Assembly: GCA_001949185.1 (NCBI GenBank)
Contig: BDGG01000007.1
Location: 1,012,730-1,076,729 of the forward strand
Source: Ramazzottius varieornatus
Taxonomy: Eukaryota; Animalia; Tardigrada
Reading direction: 5' to 3'
Length of the DNA: 64,000 nucleotides
Shown: piece by piece, positions 1 to 14,600 of the stretch
Layout of the letters: every line of letters starts with the position of its first letter
Numbering within the stretch: the first letter of the stretch is position 1
Notes under the pieces: model-generated
What the model saw: only the letters and a program-made list of their open reading frames with translations
The model's database searches: none
Told to the model about the DNA's origin: nothing
Program-made: the position numbers and the translations under genes

Positions 1-635
1 ATTACCAAAGCATCCGCTTCGAACGCAAACAGGTCGAAAGACCAGCGAGAGTTCGTTTTTTTGGCGACGTTCCAGTAAGGCAAAATCCTTATGTATCGGC
101 AAACGGACAAGTCGACGATCTTCCACGCATTCAGGTTTCACAGCACAGTGTTGCTCCAGTTCAACCAGGGTCTGCCGGCAGTGTTTTGGGGTGGTGTCAG
201 CAATCGGACGAAATTCCAACACCTCCGCGGCGTCATCACACATAGAGTACGAGCAGCTCCACGCAATATTCGGCTTTCCGAAGGTCTCCCACCTCCGTGT
301 ATGTCCCTCCTTCTCCAGCCTCCACACCATCACCAACTCACCCGCAGTTCTATGAGAGGTTTGTGCGACGAACCAAGAGCAGACCTGCTAGACAAGCGGT
401 CGTTAGAAACCCGCAGCCATCTGTTGCCGGAGCATCAGTGAACGCAGAACGTTTGGCTGAGAGGCGAAACGTCCAGACAACTATTGATTACATGAGCAGA
501 ATTAACAAACAGCGCGAAAGACAAAGTAATCGCTGTTCCGCCAATGCTTCACTCTCGGGAGATGAAGTGGGTGATGATCTGTTAAGTCAGCAAGACAGAT
601 CTCTAGAAAAGCTCTAGATTCCGACAGGTCTGACG

Positions 636-1112
636 TTGTCTCATCCAAACACGGCATTAGGAACTCTTACCTTCGACTTTTGCCTGTATGCCATTATGTG
701 CGAAGACAAGAATGGCGTTGGTCAGGCAGCTTTCGTCGGTCTTCTTTCGTCGGAAAAAAAGGAAAACTTGGCCTTCTTCTTCGAGTCCTTCAAGGACGCC
801 CATCCAGAGCATTGGGAAAGGGTTGAAGTAGCTTTCACGGACAAGGACTTTCACGAGATTGCTTTGCTGAAGAGAGAACTACCTCAAGCTAGACCGCTAC
901 TGTGCGTGTTTCATGTGGTGAAGTGGATGAAGACTAAGATCGTAAGACTGCCAAACGTGAAGGAGGACAGACTGCGCATTTACCAGCTCTTCAACAAAGC
1001 TCTACACTGCTACAACGAAGACAACTTCGAAAAAAACCGGCAAGACCTCATTGACGATAGCGCCATGACGGAAGAGTTTCGAGGCTATCTGCAGGATAAC
1101 TGGTGGATTTAA
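636..1112 (+). pseudogene. MULE (Mutator-like, ZSWIM1/3-type) transposase fragment
   Basis: Motifs 'EDKNGVG..AFVGLL..E', 'FTDKDFHEI' and 'PLLCVFHV' match the MULE DDE domain (second Asp and CxxH). The frame stops just after 'YLQDNWW', so it is truncated. Confidence 0.75.
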
Positions 1113-1319
1113 TGGCATGGGCCTACCTAACGCCGATCGCAGAGTCGTCCCGGAAATCATCGCTCTTGAATAGCTGTTTGTCCAGATGAGTATGTACACT
1201 GTGGTACTTCTGAGAGTTCTTTGTCACCCCACAGGCTCATGTGTTCTTCCAGCGACAGATTACGGACATACTACCTAGTTTCTCGTATTTCGGTCACCTC
1301 CAGTTGAAATAAAATTCTG

Positions 1320-1456
1320 GGCGGTGGTGCGATGAGCCGTTGGTGGTGTCGAAAGTTTAAATATTAGTGGTGAGAGGAGCCCATCGGTGGTGTGTCAATT
1401 AAAACCGGTGGTGAAATGAGCCCTTCGGTGGTGTCGGTGGTGAGAGGAGCCCTCAC
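1320..1456. repeat. Repeat-rich terminus of the MULE element
   Basis: Several GGTGGTG(A/C/T)G...GAGCC units end in GAGCCCTCACC before a T-run, downstream of the MULE fragment. The partner end is presumably outside the window. Confidence 0.45.
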
Positions 1457-2720
1457 CTTTTTGTTTATAAAACCGAAACCGAAATATAAAAGGCGGTAAC
1501 AATAGTTTTGTGGCGGTGTGGAACTAATTTGACTACTACCGGAAAAGGCGGTGACAGTAGCGTTTTAGGCGCTGTGCAGCGCTAGTAATTGCGATTAGGC
1601 GGTTCAGGCGGTGGCAATAGTCAAACTCTTTTGAAAAAACGAAGTCATACCAAATTTAGATTTTTATCCTTCAGACACTAGCTAACTCATTTGCCAGAAA
1701 CCAAGTATTAGCGGTTTGTGGAGAAACAGCTTTGTTGAAGAACGGAAATTTGTTCGCCAAAATAGCCATATTGCGAAATAATGCCGAAAAGAAGTATTGT
1801 GAATCCGGCTGCTACTGAAATTATTCTCTCCGATGAAGAACCATTATTTCCACTGACTGTTTCCTCACTACGATACACCAATGTCTAAAGCGGACTGAAG
1901 CGGAAGTCATTCTCAGGTCTTGGATTTAATGGTAGAGCTGAAAATTTAGTGATAATTGGGCCGCGCCGCCCGGTAGGTTCTCGCAAATATCTAATTACTA
2001 TTCACTGTATCTAAAAGGAAGTAGAGTCAAGTACTGAAATTAACCGCGACAACTCATCAGACATGAGGTCTGTTACACCTCCTTGCAATGGCAAGAAATT
2101 TACAAACACGTAATGAATTCACTAATTGATCAATTCCAAACACTGAACCTTCTGAGACTGAAATCGATCCTTTTGGAATGGACGCCATCAAGAAAATGGC
2201 AATTTCAGAGTTCCGACGAAAGGTGTAATTGATCCATTAGAGGAGGACATCTTCGGTATCCTGTCTGCAAAGTCGAAAAACAAATCAAGGGCCAGAATAT
2301 AGTGAACACTGTTGTGGAAAAGGAGCGAAACACGCAGCAGAGTACGGCCAGCAGAGGAACAAGAGCATTCCAGGTTAGACGAGTAGCAAAGGGTTTGAAG
2401 ACAGCTGGAAAAACAGACGGAAATTGGTTTATTTAAGACCCGACAAAATAGAGCTGGAAAACGAAGCGAAGTGTAGTAGTGCGAAGACGGAAGTGATGGT
2501 TTTGCCAGGAGGACTGACATGAATACGACAGGTTTAGGCTCAGGTTTGGCAGCACGTCCGATGAGTTTTTCCGTTCGGGCGATTAGTTGTAGGTTCTGAT
2601 CGACTAGGGTCCGTATTTCGGTGGCCTGTGCCTCGCTCTTTCGCCTAAGGACTTCGAGCTCGTTTCTAACTGCAAAAGAAATCATACTTCAGCTCATGTA
2701 TTGGAAACATGTGTCATATA

Positions 2721-4169
2721 CAGTGCGGCCCCGCCAGGTTTGTGCAACTCACTTTTAGGTCATGTGAAAAATTCAGATCCAGTTTCTCCTTTTAACCAAC
2801 CATTGACGTCTAATCAGCAGGTTATGCCGCCTCTTTCGAGACGGGGATTGCTTTTGCATCAGAAAAGATCGTTTCGCAAACTCGATTTGAGCTGTTGGCG
2901 GTAATGAGAGTTCCCAACCTAAACGAATAATTTTTCACAGGTCCCCACAGTCGAGCTCGAGAGAGCAAATTGGTAGCAAATGAGGAGGAACAGTTTAGGA
3001 TGTCCGATGAGGCTGGAGAGAATAATCTGCTATCCAATCCCGAAATGCAATCGAACGTTTTGTCCAAAATTTTAGGGGTTACCAGGAAACCATGATTATT
3101 TCAAAAATTTGGTTTCGGCGTAGATATCGTGAGTGGACCTGAAACTGTGTTTAGTCAGAAAGCCAGATCAGTGTGCTTGCATTTGAACTGACTTTGGACG
3201 GAATACCTTTGGCCGCATGACCGGAGCGATTTTTTGAAAACTACACAAAAACTACGAGGTAAAAGTAGCGGACTTGTCCATGTAAAATCGCATGGGGTAC
3301 TTGTCCACCCCAGATCTCATCTGCTCATCAGATTTTGTCACGTTTTGGTTTATTTGATAGGAAGAAACCCCTATCTATTTTTCAAATATGGTAGACAGGA
3401 AAGAACAGCGGAATTCGTGAGAAACATCCGCTGGGAAGAGGTACAGTCAGCCCAATGTTAGAAAGCATGTTTTCAAAAAATCAGCTGATTTTAATCAACC
3501 AAGTTACCGTACACATACATATGCAAAGTTTTCAGGGTGGACAACTTCACCATGCGATTTTACGTGGACAAGTCCGCTAGTTTTACCTCGTAGAAAAAGT
3601 TGTCAAAACTAAAAAGTTCGACACGGAGAATAACTACTCGGGAAAACGTCTTAAACATCCCTCCATCTAAGCCTCATTTTTTAGTGATGACCAAGATGTT
3701 GTTCTAATATTACATCCATCTACTTTTACGGAAAAATGCCCCTGTACTTGCGTAGGTGTCTGCGCATGGAAATCTTCCCCTCTTTTCAGCTTTTGATTTT
3801 GAAAAATCAGGGTGTGGGTCTGGTTAGTTCGATCGATCGATCGAATCACACAACATAATTTCTGAAATCCAAAACAATGTACTCGAAGAACAATAAGGTT
3901 TTGGGACCACAACAAGTGTCGGATGGGAAACGATTTTTTTCGCGAGGATGGGTAGGCTTGAATTGTGTTCCGAGCGCCTGTGGTCGTTCCCTCTCGGCGG
4001 TTGACGTTGAGTTGAGTCGAAGCCTTTTCCTTTCCCAAAATGAATCTTCGGCTAAAAGGTACCTCAGGGCATTTTTTATCACAGAGTAATGCACCGAGGA
4101 AGATACGTGCTCACTTTCCGGAACCCGAATTTTTATCAAAAGTTGCACAAACTTGGCGGGGCCGCACTG
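2721..4169. mobile_element. Non-autonomous Tc1-like element
   Basis: ~28-bp TIRs, CAGTGCGGCCCCGCCA(G/A)GTTTGTGCAAC, at 2721 and inverted ending at 4169. TA flanks at 2719-2720 and 4170-4171. The CAGTGC end is Tc1-like. Confidence 0.85.
3255..3590. mobile_element. Mariner-like MITE nested in the Tc1-like element
   Basis: ~55-bp imperfect TIRs starting CGAGGTAAAA(G/C)TAGCGGACTTGTCCA, with TA at 3253-3254 and 3591-3592. Confidence 0.85.
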
Positions 4170-5253
4170 TAGGTCGGTTGAAGAAAATATATTGAGCACG
4201 GTGGCCGTAATTCATTTCATCTTTAAAACTGAAATTTCTTCTGGGAATCATGCTTGTACTGCTTGCCCCCTAGTGCTTCAAGCCTGTGCTTGATGCTTCT
4301 TTGATGATGGCCGCACACTGCATGGCAGGCTTCCGGGATGGTGGACCTATATGTCGATGTGAGCAATGATGTACAGCTGTACTTGCCTTGTCGAGCGTCC
4401 CGCTCTAGTTCTGCAACACGATCCGCCAACGACCTCTCCACCACTGCGTCCGCACCGTGTTCGTCGAAAGCACTGAGCCGAGCAATAGGCCCTGGAGTAG
4501 TCGTGACAGAAGTGGCTAGGGAGTCGGTGTAGGAAGGCGGAAAAACTCGTGCCTCTTGTGGGTTGTGCTCCGCGATTAGAACTGGAGGGACCATTGGTTC
4601 ATTCACGACATGAGCAGGCGTACGAATTTGAAACATTCGCGTAATCCTATCCCTCATTTCTCGAGCCTATTCCATCTCTCCTGGCGTAGTTGGCAGTCAG
4701 CTGTTTGCACGAATACGGTTCTTGGATGAGATCCGCTAGGACCTGGGAGATCTTATTGAACAGTCTTAAACAGTCCCACCCGATTGTTCAAACTAACAAG
4801 TAGTATGGCTGAGAGCATGCAGAACAAATCGCAAGACTTTCGACTCTAGACATGAACTTGTACGAAGCTACATGTAGAATGGGAAGATCCGTGTTCACTG
4901 TGTAGCTGCAGGCAGCTCAGCTGACTGATACGCTTTTACTGACCAAGGGTCGCTGTCGTTCCCCATATCCCTATCAGCTCTTTTCGGCTTCGTGTGATCA
5001 AATGCGTATTGCAGAGAGATTGACCATTGAACGTCTTTGCTCTATCCAGTGGAACTGATTTTGATTTCGGCTGTGTATTATCGAGACAATTTTGTTCTCG
5101 CCTACGAGATACCGCACAAAATTCCCGACACAAGATGGCTAATTATCTAAATTCACTTAAAACATACTGCATGTGAACTGGTAATTTTTTGCATAAACGT
5201 AGTCGAAAAACCAGGAACAAATTGCGAGAACAACTAATGAAACTTATTTCAGC

Positions 5254-8200
5254 TTAGTGTGCATATACGGGACAAAATACACGGAAGAGATTTGACACTA
5301 ATACTACCACCATTGAACACGAGTATAATACTGGATAAAAACCCCACAACACGTTGCCACCGTTATTGGCTTCCTTCAGAGGGCGCTGGAGCTTACTCGC
5401 TTCTGTATGTACCGGTTCGCACGTTTGCGGGTAGTTGCTCAACTGCGTCACCACAGCTCCGAAGGTTTCCCTTGGTTCCCGGCATTTGGTTTCCTTCTCG
5501 TGCGACAACAGCGACGGCCACTGGGTCTGACTGATCCACTTCAGGTTGCAGTCGCACTTTAGCGGATTATCTGAAAAGACACAACAAAACCTCAGTCCGG
5601 TCTCAGGTTTCAGTTTTATCGATCTGAACGGTGAGGTGCAATAAACTTGCAAGTTATCAGGTTACCCACGATAAATTAACCCAATATTTATGCGGCTGCA
5701 AGCTTGTGCAATTGGACGCTCAGCCGGAAAGTGGGCAAACAACACGAGCATTGTTTGAGGGATTATCCCTTTGGTATTATTGGGGTCAGTTGTGGAGCGA
5801 GGTTGGGGAGTAGCCTAATAACTGTGACCGACCCTTCGGCGTCGTCGTCAGACCAGCTAACCATGTTTGTTATTAGCCCCTTGCGGTTCAGTAATTACAT
5901 CCCCGTCAAACTCATTAGATGACGGTATAACGCAACGTGACACATTACACCCACGGATTAGCTCCCAACAGTCGCCCATTGCGCTGACCCAACTGTCGAC
6001 AACTGTCCCGGCAAAAGTAATAACTGGACTCTGATTCGATCTTATTACGCGGGGCTTCATGATGACAGGCCAAATATCCCAAGTTCCCAGCACGCTACTT
6101 CATGATCCAGAAAGCCACAAGCCGTACGGTACAACAGCTCACAGGGGTGAGAAAGTTTCCCGCCCATACCAAATTTCGGCTACAAAATCACTTTGCCTTT
6201 TTTGCACGAGCAAGCCTGACGATGAGCGTTTTGGGAAGTACTTTGGGAAAAACCTTAACTAAACTGCTCAAAAAACAGCCTTTTTTCGACGGACGATTGT
6301 GACTTTCTACATCGTATCAAGCACGACTGTAGACCACCGAAAATTTCATATAGAAGCAGTTTTAACGAGTATGGAGTACAAGTGCATGTGTGGATCAAAA
6401 GTCTTACCATGGATGTCAAGGATTTTGAGGCTTTTCTTGATCGGTCGAAAGGCTTCTTCATGGAGAGTGGTCAGTTTGTTTCGTGCCAAGTAAAGCCACT
6501 CCAATTGGCGCAATGAATGGAAGGCGCGGGTCGATATGTTTGACAGGCGATTTTGATGGAGGTACAAATACTTGAGCGAATTGTCCAGGGTTCGGAAGGC
6601 GTGCGGGGGGATGCTGGTGATGGAGTTGTTCTGTAGATTAAGATGGCTCAAGTTGTCCAGGCTGGACAAGGCTTCCACCGGGACGCGGCTCAGATTGTTG
6701 GATGACAGATCCAGCGCACTCAGCGTATTACTCAACCCCGAGCTCTCGTCCGTCACACCACCGGCCACCATTTTGCCCACAAAGGCTTCCCTTGACACAT
6801 CTTCCAGGCAGTTATGGTTCATATTCAGGATCTCTAACTGCTGCAGGCTGGAAATTGCCGGTGGTACTTCGCGGAAGAGGTTGTAGCCCAAATCCAGCCG
6901 ATTTAATGAGCTGGTTACGCCCTGTAACGTTAAGCTACTTTTACCAAGTTTCCATGTACAGGGAGGGCGCAGTTTTTTCCCAATCATGAATATATCGGAG
7001 AAAAATGTCATCGCTTGTCGCTACAGTTTGACTCAGTAAGCGTGAAGATCAGCTTGATTTCACCGTAGCAAAATGGCACGAGAAGCACTGCATCACTCGC
7101 TCGGTCATCTGGTTAAAAGTCGAACAGCTCAGCAGTGCGACTTTCAGCTGTCTGCCGTTTTTTTCTCTTGCACGTGTCGTAGATTTTACCTGAAAGAAGC
7201 CTTCCTGAAAGGTGTCAATCATATTGTAGGCTAAATGGATTTCCTGCAGCGCGGTTGATTTGGAGAACATTCTTCCCGGCAGTCCCTTAATCATATTATG
7301 GTTCAAATGGATCTTGGTCAGGTTGTCGGCTCCATTGAAGGCAAAGGTCTCGACATCCTCAATTTCGTTATTGTCCAGATACAAATTAAGCAGCGATTTC
7401 ATGCCGGTGAAGGCATTATTGGTCACCCTGGTAATGAGGTTATTGTTGAGGTTGAGCGTTTTCAGCGCCTTGAGCCTCTGTAGCGCCTCATGGGGGATAC
7501 TGTGGAGCAAATTGCCCGACAGATCCAGGGAGATGAGCGTCTGGTCCAGGTTGAAAAAGGCCATGGCGTCGATGGCTTGGACGTTTGAGCGAGTGATGGA
7601 CAAGTGGTGGATGTGCAAGTGCTGGAACTTCAGGCCAGGTAGATGGACAATCTGGTTGCCGCGCAGGCGCATGTGTCTATCAACACACACATGAAATTAT
7701 TATTCCAGACAAACATGGAAGATCTATATCGTGTATGTCACTGTTCCCGTTAGAGCATTCAGAGCAACGTGTGGCAGGGATATAAATGTCAACAAATAAT
7801 CAGCGTATCAGCTGTTGCGCATACAGGGCTCCCCTTTTGTGTCAACATGCTGGACCAATGGATTATACCACAAGGTCCACTGTCCACTTTGCCGGCTTTG
7901 CCCTGTATTGCGCTGACAGAATGTGTAATGGCAACAATGCTGCCGCAGTATTGCGCCGACACAAGTGCAGCATTAACCCCTCTTCCCATTCCTTGGCCTC
8001 ATCAATTCGTAACCACTTAGGTTCTTAACCCGAAGACTACTCGATGCTATTCTGTCGTCAATTTTCAGTGAAGTGCGTCCTCCAAAATACCATTTCATCA
8101 TAGCAATGCAGTGGGCCGGGTTTCAAAACGGGTTCGAACACTGAGCCTTAGTAGACTCTAAAACCGCGGTCCGCCCAGGCCCATAAATACACTACCCGTT

Positions 8201-8603
8201 GGTAAGTCTGTCTCCGCGAAAAGTTTGCTCGTTTAATACTTTGATCGTCCCTTAGTTCCCCGTATTTTTCAATTGACGGAGGAATTTTCGGGGGGAAAGC
8301 AACTACTGACCATGTTGCATCCTGCTCATTGTCTACGACTTGTTACGTGATCTTAACTTACTTGATAATAGTTTCCTTGGGTATTTTCTCCAGCAATATG
8401 CCAATCTGGTCGACGTCGGCATTCTCACAGATGACTTCCAGGCCGTCCTCTTCCAGTGTTTTCTTGCAGACACAGGGCGTATTCAGCAGCTCTTTCGGGC
8501 ACTCCAACTTGCGATTGTGACACTTGCCGATGGCGAAAACACACCATATCAAGTATAAGCCCTGGATGAATGCCAACTGCAACCCCATACTTCCTTGAAC
8601 CAT
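5254..8603 (-). CDS. Extracellular leucine-rich-repeat protein (signal peptide, LRRNT, many LRRs, LRRCT, hydrophobic C-terminus)
   Basis: Exons 8603-8362, 7676-7190, 6921-6408 and 5570-5254 join in frame through GT-AG introns. Contains LRRNT 'CPK....PCVC', LxxLxLxxNxL repeats and LRRCT 'NPLKCDCNLKW...C..P'. The start could be 8588 instead. Confidence 0.85.
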
Positions 8604-11600
8604 TCTTCCCTCAAACAAACAACCAATCCCGCAGTGGAAAATCAAACTGCCTCACGTTGCCGTAGAATAAGTCCCCCTTCACACCGAGCTCGTGTTCTAC
8701 AGACGGATGAACGCCTTTAAAAAAAATAGACGGTCAAAACAGAAGATCGCTCCGCTTGACGGTTCTTCTATGAAATGTGTTTTTCTTTCCGGCCTTATTT
8801 TACAAAGGCGTTCGGACGGAGAAAAGTGACGTTCACGTCATCGTTGACGGCACAGATAATGAAGATAACTGGCTGCTGCCGTTTATCCGAGTCCTCTCAG
8901 AGTGAAGTAAACTGCGGCACTGTTGTTTTTTTATCCGACGAGATGAGACGAAAGAAGGGCGGACTCAGTCAATTGATCCAGATCAAGGAGGAAATTGAAT
9001 AAAATGTGATCATAAATGCTTTTGATATCGTTTGGCTGTCCTTTCTTCTTCACAACTCAGTCGACTCTTTTTCCAATCGATGGCTTCCCAAAATATCCCA
9101 CGGGACGTTTCCCGAGCGTGAGGTGTTGCAAAGGTGGGTGAACAGTTCAAAGATGGATAGTGATTCACGAAAAAATGCGGCTTTTGTAAAGGAACGTCAA
9201 AAAAGTCTGTTCAGTGATGGCAAAAGTGGCGGGTTGTTCACACTTAATTGTGGTCGATTTAATCCGTAAGATACACTTCAGTACGGTGGTCGCCGTTTGC
9301 TCAACTGCTCAAGCCTGAACTTGACAAACACTGAGGCCGAAAAAATATCCCCTAGTAGGATATCAGACGAGGAAAGGAGCAAAGCAACGAATATCAAATA
9401 TCCGGAAGGCAGTTATGGGAGACGCGCTTATGTCCGCGCTTTTCCAATGCCACTGCAATTATTTCTCGACGGGGTGAACGAGACGTCGATGGCAGCAGCA
9501 GGCACTGAAAGAAAACAATGTCCGATAGTGGAATAACGAGCCGATGATTTTTCCACTCTACAAGCAGGGAGAAAAAGCATGGGGAACCAATGGGAAATCA
9601 ACAAATCGGGGAACCAAGCTTGACTTTTACGATATGCCGCAAGGGTCCCATTACGTCACGCCAAAACACTCTCTGTGTGGTATAGTAAATCTTGCTCACG
9701 AAAAAGAAGCTTTCACACTCTGCTGGTTGTACAATAATCCTCTGTTTCCTTTCAGAAGATCGAAGACCGAAAAATGCATACTAACCGACTGTCACCTTCA
9801 TTTGAATTTAGATTTTCAAACACGCTTATGGGAGTTAACTGGAGTTTTTCCTCTTGTCGCTGCACTGACTTCGCGTTTTTCCCCACGTACCGTAATTGCA
9901 ACAGTCGGAGAAGCTCGCGAAGCCATAAAAGCTTATTCAGCAGGAACTTCGCTGCTGGGTAATAGTTTATCGATCGTAAAGGGGAAAAAACGGCGGACGT
10001 CATTGTTAATGTTAGACAAGTTATGCTTACCAGCTGCCGGAAGAAGCAATAGATTGCAAAGCATCGAGAGCCATTAGCATGTCCAAGTAAAAGGCCGTGT
10101 CAGTCATTCGTTGAATGCTTGACACATCTTACATAGTGCGCCTAAGGTCCACAAAACCAGCAGTCGAAGAAAGGCAAGAAAAAAAAGCTGATCCGCCGGC
10201 TACAGTGCGCAACGGAGGCTTTGGGGATCGACGAACGTACAACTCCGCCGTGTCCGTAAAGATGAAGGATTTGATGTGGAGCAGCGTTTAGCACTTTAGG
10301 CCCGCTCTTCTTCCACGCAACACGACTACACTACTGTGGCAAACTACTCATCACACACCAAGCCTCCCTGATCAAATGCGACAAAACGCGTGCGTGAACC
10401 ATCTCAAGCCCGACTTTTACAACTATCCGCCTGTTCACAACCAAGTATAACCACCATTAACAGAAACCGGGCTCTCCGCCGGATGTCCCTGCCTAGAACA
10501 TCCTTTGTTTCTATTTCAACAGACCATGTCAGCCATAACACAAAAGAGTCAGTATGAGCTTTTGAAACAGAAACCATGTGGCCGGTCAATGAGACACGCG
10601 TGTTGCCCGCCATGGTTTTCTATTTGAATGGCTCATTCTGCGTACAAACGGCCCAACTCTTACTGCGATTGAATTGAAAGGGGATCGGATGTACGGATGC
10701 TTGCTTAGTTTAACTTCGTTTCTGGTGGAAAGTGTACTCCCATCTCCTCTCCTCTCATCCAACAGAGTACATCCTCCAACAGCCCCATGCTGCGTCACGC
10801 CGCATCGGAAGTCCTATAGTGACCCATTTCAGTTCGTCGATCATCAGCACATCCTCGTGCTCAGCGGTAGCCAGCTTCCTTGTTTTACTCTTCGTCCATA
10901 CTTTGGTGTCTGTTATGATTCTCGGCAGCAAGTAGGCTTAAGCAAAAAGTAGGCGTCGTCAGCCCAACTTTGAGCTGTGGGAAAATGGGTGTCATTTTTC
11001 GGTTTCTGACGGCAGCTCCATCGTCAGCTGTGACAGCAATTGGGAGGAATATGTAGCGGGCAGGGAGTAACGTGAGACGGCATACTGTAAAATGGCCCGC
11101 CGACTGTAATGAATCACTATGATTAAAAGATGCTATCACAGCCGTGGAGCAATAACGCGCCGATAATCAGCAAAAGCTGGCCACACAATGTGATGACAAA
11201 CATCGGGCAGCCATCACATCAAACACCAACATGCTACCCCGTTGCGCAACTTGACCACTCTAATTTCTCCTTTCTCAACTTCCGGGTTAAAAATATCCAA
11301 AGGACAAAGCGAACTATCCTGCCCGACAGCCAAGCCTGATTATGGTCTTTTCAAGTATTCTAACCTAGAAATCGTTGACAAAGATCTCATGTGGAGATTT
11401 CCACCGTTGCGTCGTAAAAAGGGAAAAGCTCGAGCTGTACGTACCAACATTGACACAAAGTTGCCCGTGCGTCGATTTATGAGAGTATAAATCATGATTC
11501 GGTAATGTGTGATAGAAATATTAGGTTGGTTGAACATGCCGCATTAAATTTGTAGGCTGTCAAAAAAGGTTGAGGATGAAACTGACAAAGCTAGCACCAG

Positions 11601-14600
11601 TGAAACTGGGTCAGTGCTTTGTATGGAAATCAGTTGCCGCTAATCTTATCGGTCGGGGCGCAGGCAGGAGGAGTCCTTTCGCGTCAACTGGACTTCACTT
11701 TGGGTATTTGTGGGCATTCTCGGTGGAATAAGTCTAAAGACCCCTCGTCTAAGATGGCCGTCTTAATAGTGATGATGCGTTTAGTGTTTCCTTGCAGCGA
11801 ATTAACTGGCGGCTTAGCCAGTACAACATGTGCCATTCAGCGCGCGAGTGAAGAGGGAAAACGGAGACGGATCTCCTGTCAAACGGAAGAAACAATTAGG
11901 AGCGGTCTCAAGCACCCATTCAGAGCAGCAGTGATCCGCATCACAAAAAACCATTACAACGGCGGCAATTGCGCGGAAACCCTTTTTGCTTCTTCTCCAA
12001 ACAAGCGCCTCGTCAGTGTGCATACAAGGGCCGGATATCGGGATTGCTTCTCCGCAACGTTGACTTTAACATCATACCCATCGTCCAACTCCCGAATTAA
12101 CAAAGGTTAGAAAAATCTGGGGTTCCCCACGTGGAAAATTGAAGTTTTGGACAATTTTCGGATAGCTATCAATAGTAACAGGCTGAGAGATTTTGTCACG
12201 TGAGGGCGGAATTTCAACACCTGCAAAGAAAGCAATTCCTTTTTTGCCGCTTTTCTGCTACGATGACAGAGCTCTTCGCCATTTGCACACACTGATCAGA
12301 CAGGGAGCTCGAGCTACCATACTTTCTGGATGAAATTAACAGTAATTTGCAATCTCCGGTAAGACTCCGCTGGGAATTGTTGGTCCAGCGTGATTGACAG
12401 GGCGATAAGCTCCTTGTGTCCATCCTAAACAAGTCCGTCTGGTCATTTTCCCCAGCTTTACACTTCCTTGTCCACATCGCTCAACCCGTCACTCTCTCCA
12501 ATGTATTCGCCATCACGAGACTCTAACTGGCTGTCCGTAGGGACTGTACGGCACCTAAAAGCCTATAGTGTCTGCTAATCAGCTCATGCATATGCCATGA
12601 AAAGTTAGCCCGATAATAAAATGGCCATCTTCCCTACAATCCTCACTCTTAATGCTATTGCGCACGTTATTCCAAGCACGTGGAGTAAATTAGGCTTCGA
12701 TTGAAAGAAAGGTCCTCCTTAACCGTTCTTGATGGCACTTGGGTTCAAGCTAAACAAGACCCCATTGATGGATGAACTGTGTTGTGCATTGGCAATACGA
12801 CAGGAAGAGGATCTGTGTGCGTGTCTTGCGTGGATGGACCAGAGCATTGATATCGCCCTTGATCAAGTTGATATGAAACATCTTTCATGAAAGCTTCACG
12901 ACCATATCGTGCTCTCCCTTCTTCGGTGCAGCTTGCCACTTGCGCCCAAAGAGCTTGTCAAGTGTTTTGCTACCAAGCCTCAGTTAGATGGCATCCTTGT
13001 CGAAAGACTGCGTCTGTTCGAGCGTGCATCTGTTTACGCTTGTCCGCTAAAGCGAAACGTCCTTTTGCTTAAACTTGGCAATACTAAAGTTCCGAAGTCA
13101 AACATTCTCGTTTGCAGCGGATTCCGTAGAAAAATGGCAAGTTGCTCTTTGTTGATTTCAAAAGATATCGGTCGGCTTAATGTCAAACCGCAAATCTTCA
13201 CATAGTGAATTGTGTCGTGACCAAAGCCAGCTGAAACACAAAAATTAATGGAAGATGTACTTTTCCGGATGTGAAGAGCTTCCGGAGGAACTGATCAAAG
13301 AACGTGGGTTTTAAAGTCTCTATTGCGCGTTAAAACTACGCGGTTCCGGTTGACAACCGAAAATCTTCAAACAGCCCTATTCTTTCCAGGCTGAAATCAC
13401 CAGCAGCTAGCGCAAATTGAAAATATGGCAAACAAGACCCTGAAAATCTTTGATGCGATCCCTTCTATTGTGTTGTAGCTAGCGTGCGAAATGTGGCGCG
13501 CTGTGACGTCCAGGCGGGATGCGGGCATCGGCTTGTCCTGCTTGTCCTACGTGCCCCGATGAAAAGGCGGACACCACAGGAAGTCGCTATTGTCTTCCAA
13601 TCTGCTACTCCGGCTCCCATCCGTGCTGGCTTCCACACAAGCCAGCATTGCCGCCCCGATCAATTATTCCTGCTGGATGGTCTTCCTTGTGGTAATCGGT
13701 ACTGTTGATTCCAATTCCCCGCTAGTGGGCCGACTGTGGACAATGACACTCCAGGAGTGCTTTCAACTTGCGGCTGTCACGTCTCGTGTTCATGGAATCA
13801 AGGGTTAAAACCATAATTGCGACCAAAACAAACTCTTACCCCGACACAGTGGCGCAATACGCTCCACATGCGAAAGCTTCCCGAACGGCATTCCCAAACC
13901 TCAAACATTTCGTCAGCCAGATCAAGAATTGCGAACTGCGCTCGAGGTACACATCATCATACGGCTCCATTTCCAACGGCGAAAGTTATCACTCAGAATT
14001 TCTGGACGATCGATTCATCAGAGTTGACCAGGATTAAAGCTTTTGCCGCCATTTTTCTACGTTCATTCGACTGCTCTTGTTTTCTTCTCTGACTGTTGTC
14101 CGATTCTTTAATGATTGGCGCGATGCTTTACAGACTGCCGCCATCCAGCGGAAGTTACAAATCGATCCGTCAGTTTAAACTTGTCACGGGAAGCGAGAGA
14201 TAAGTGCCCTACATTTGTTATGTGCACGTGTGTTGTGGAAGGAGCGGAAGCCCGACGTGTGCGCCGGACAGCCAGCCGCTCCTGGTGAGAATGTATGGTC
14301 AAGTTGGCCATTATCACCACATTAAGACACACAATAACACGCCTCCAAAACACATTATTCACGTGGATTATCGCCATGAAAACGCTACACTCCAAATGAC
14401 CGTGTTGTGCGCCTTTTAAATTATCGCGTCACCACGAGGCACGTCATCAGTGGAAATCCATTCGGACGACACTTAAACTTCCTTCGGCATGAAACCCTAA
14501 AATTGTAACGGGCTTGGAGCTGCATCGACCAGGTCGCTTCCCAAGTGGCACACGATTCGAGCCAGCATCACTGATAGAGTGCGCCACTTGGGAAGCCATC

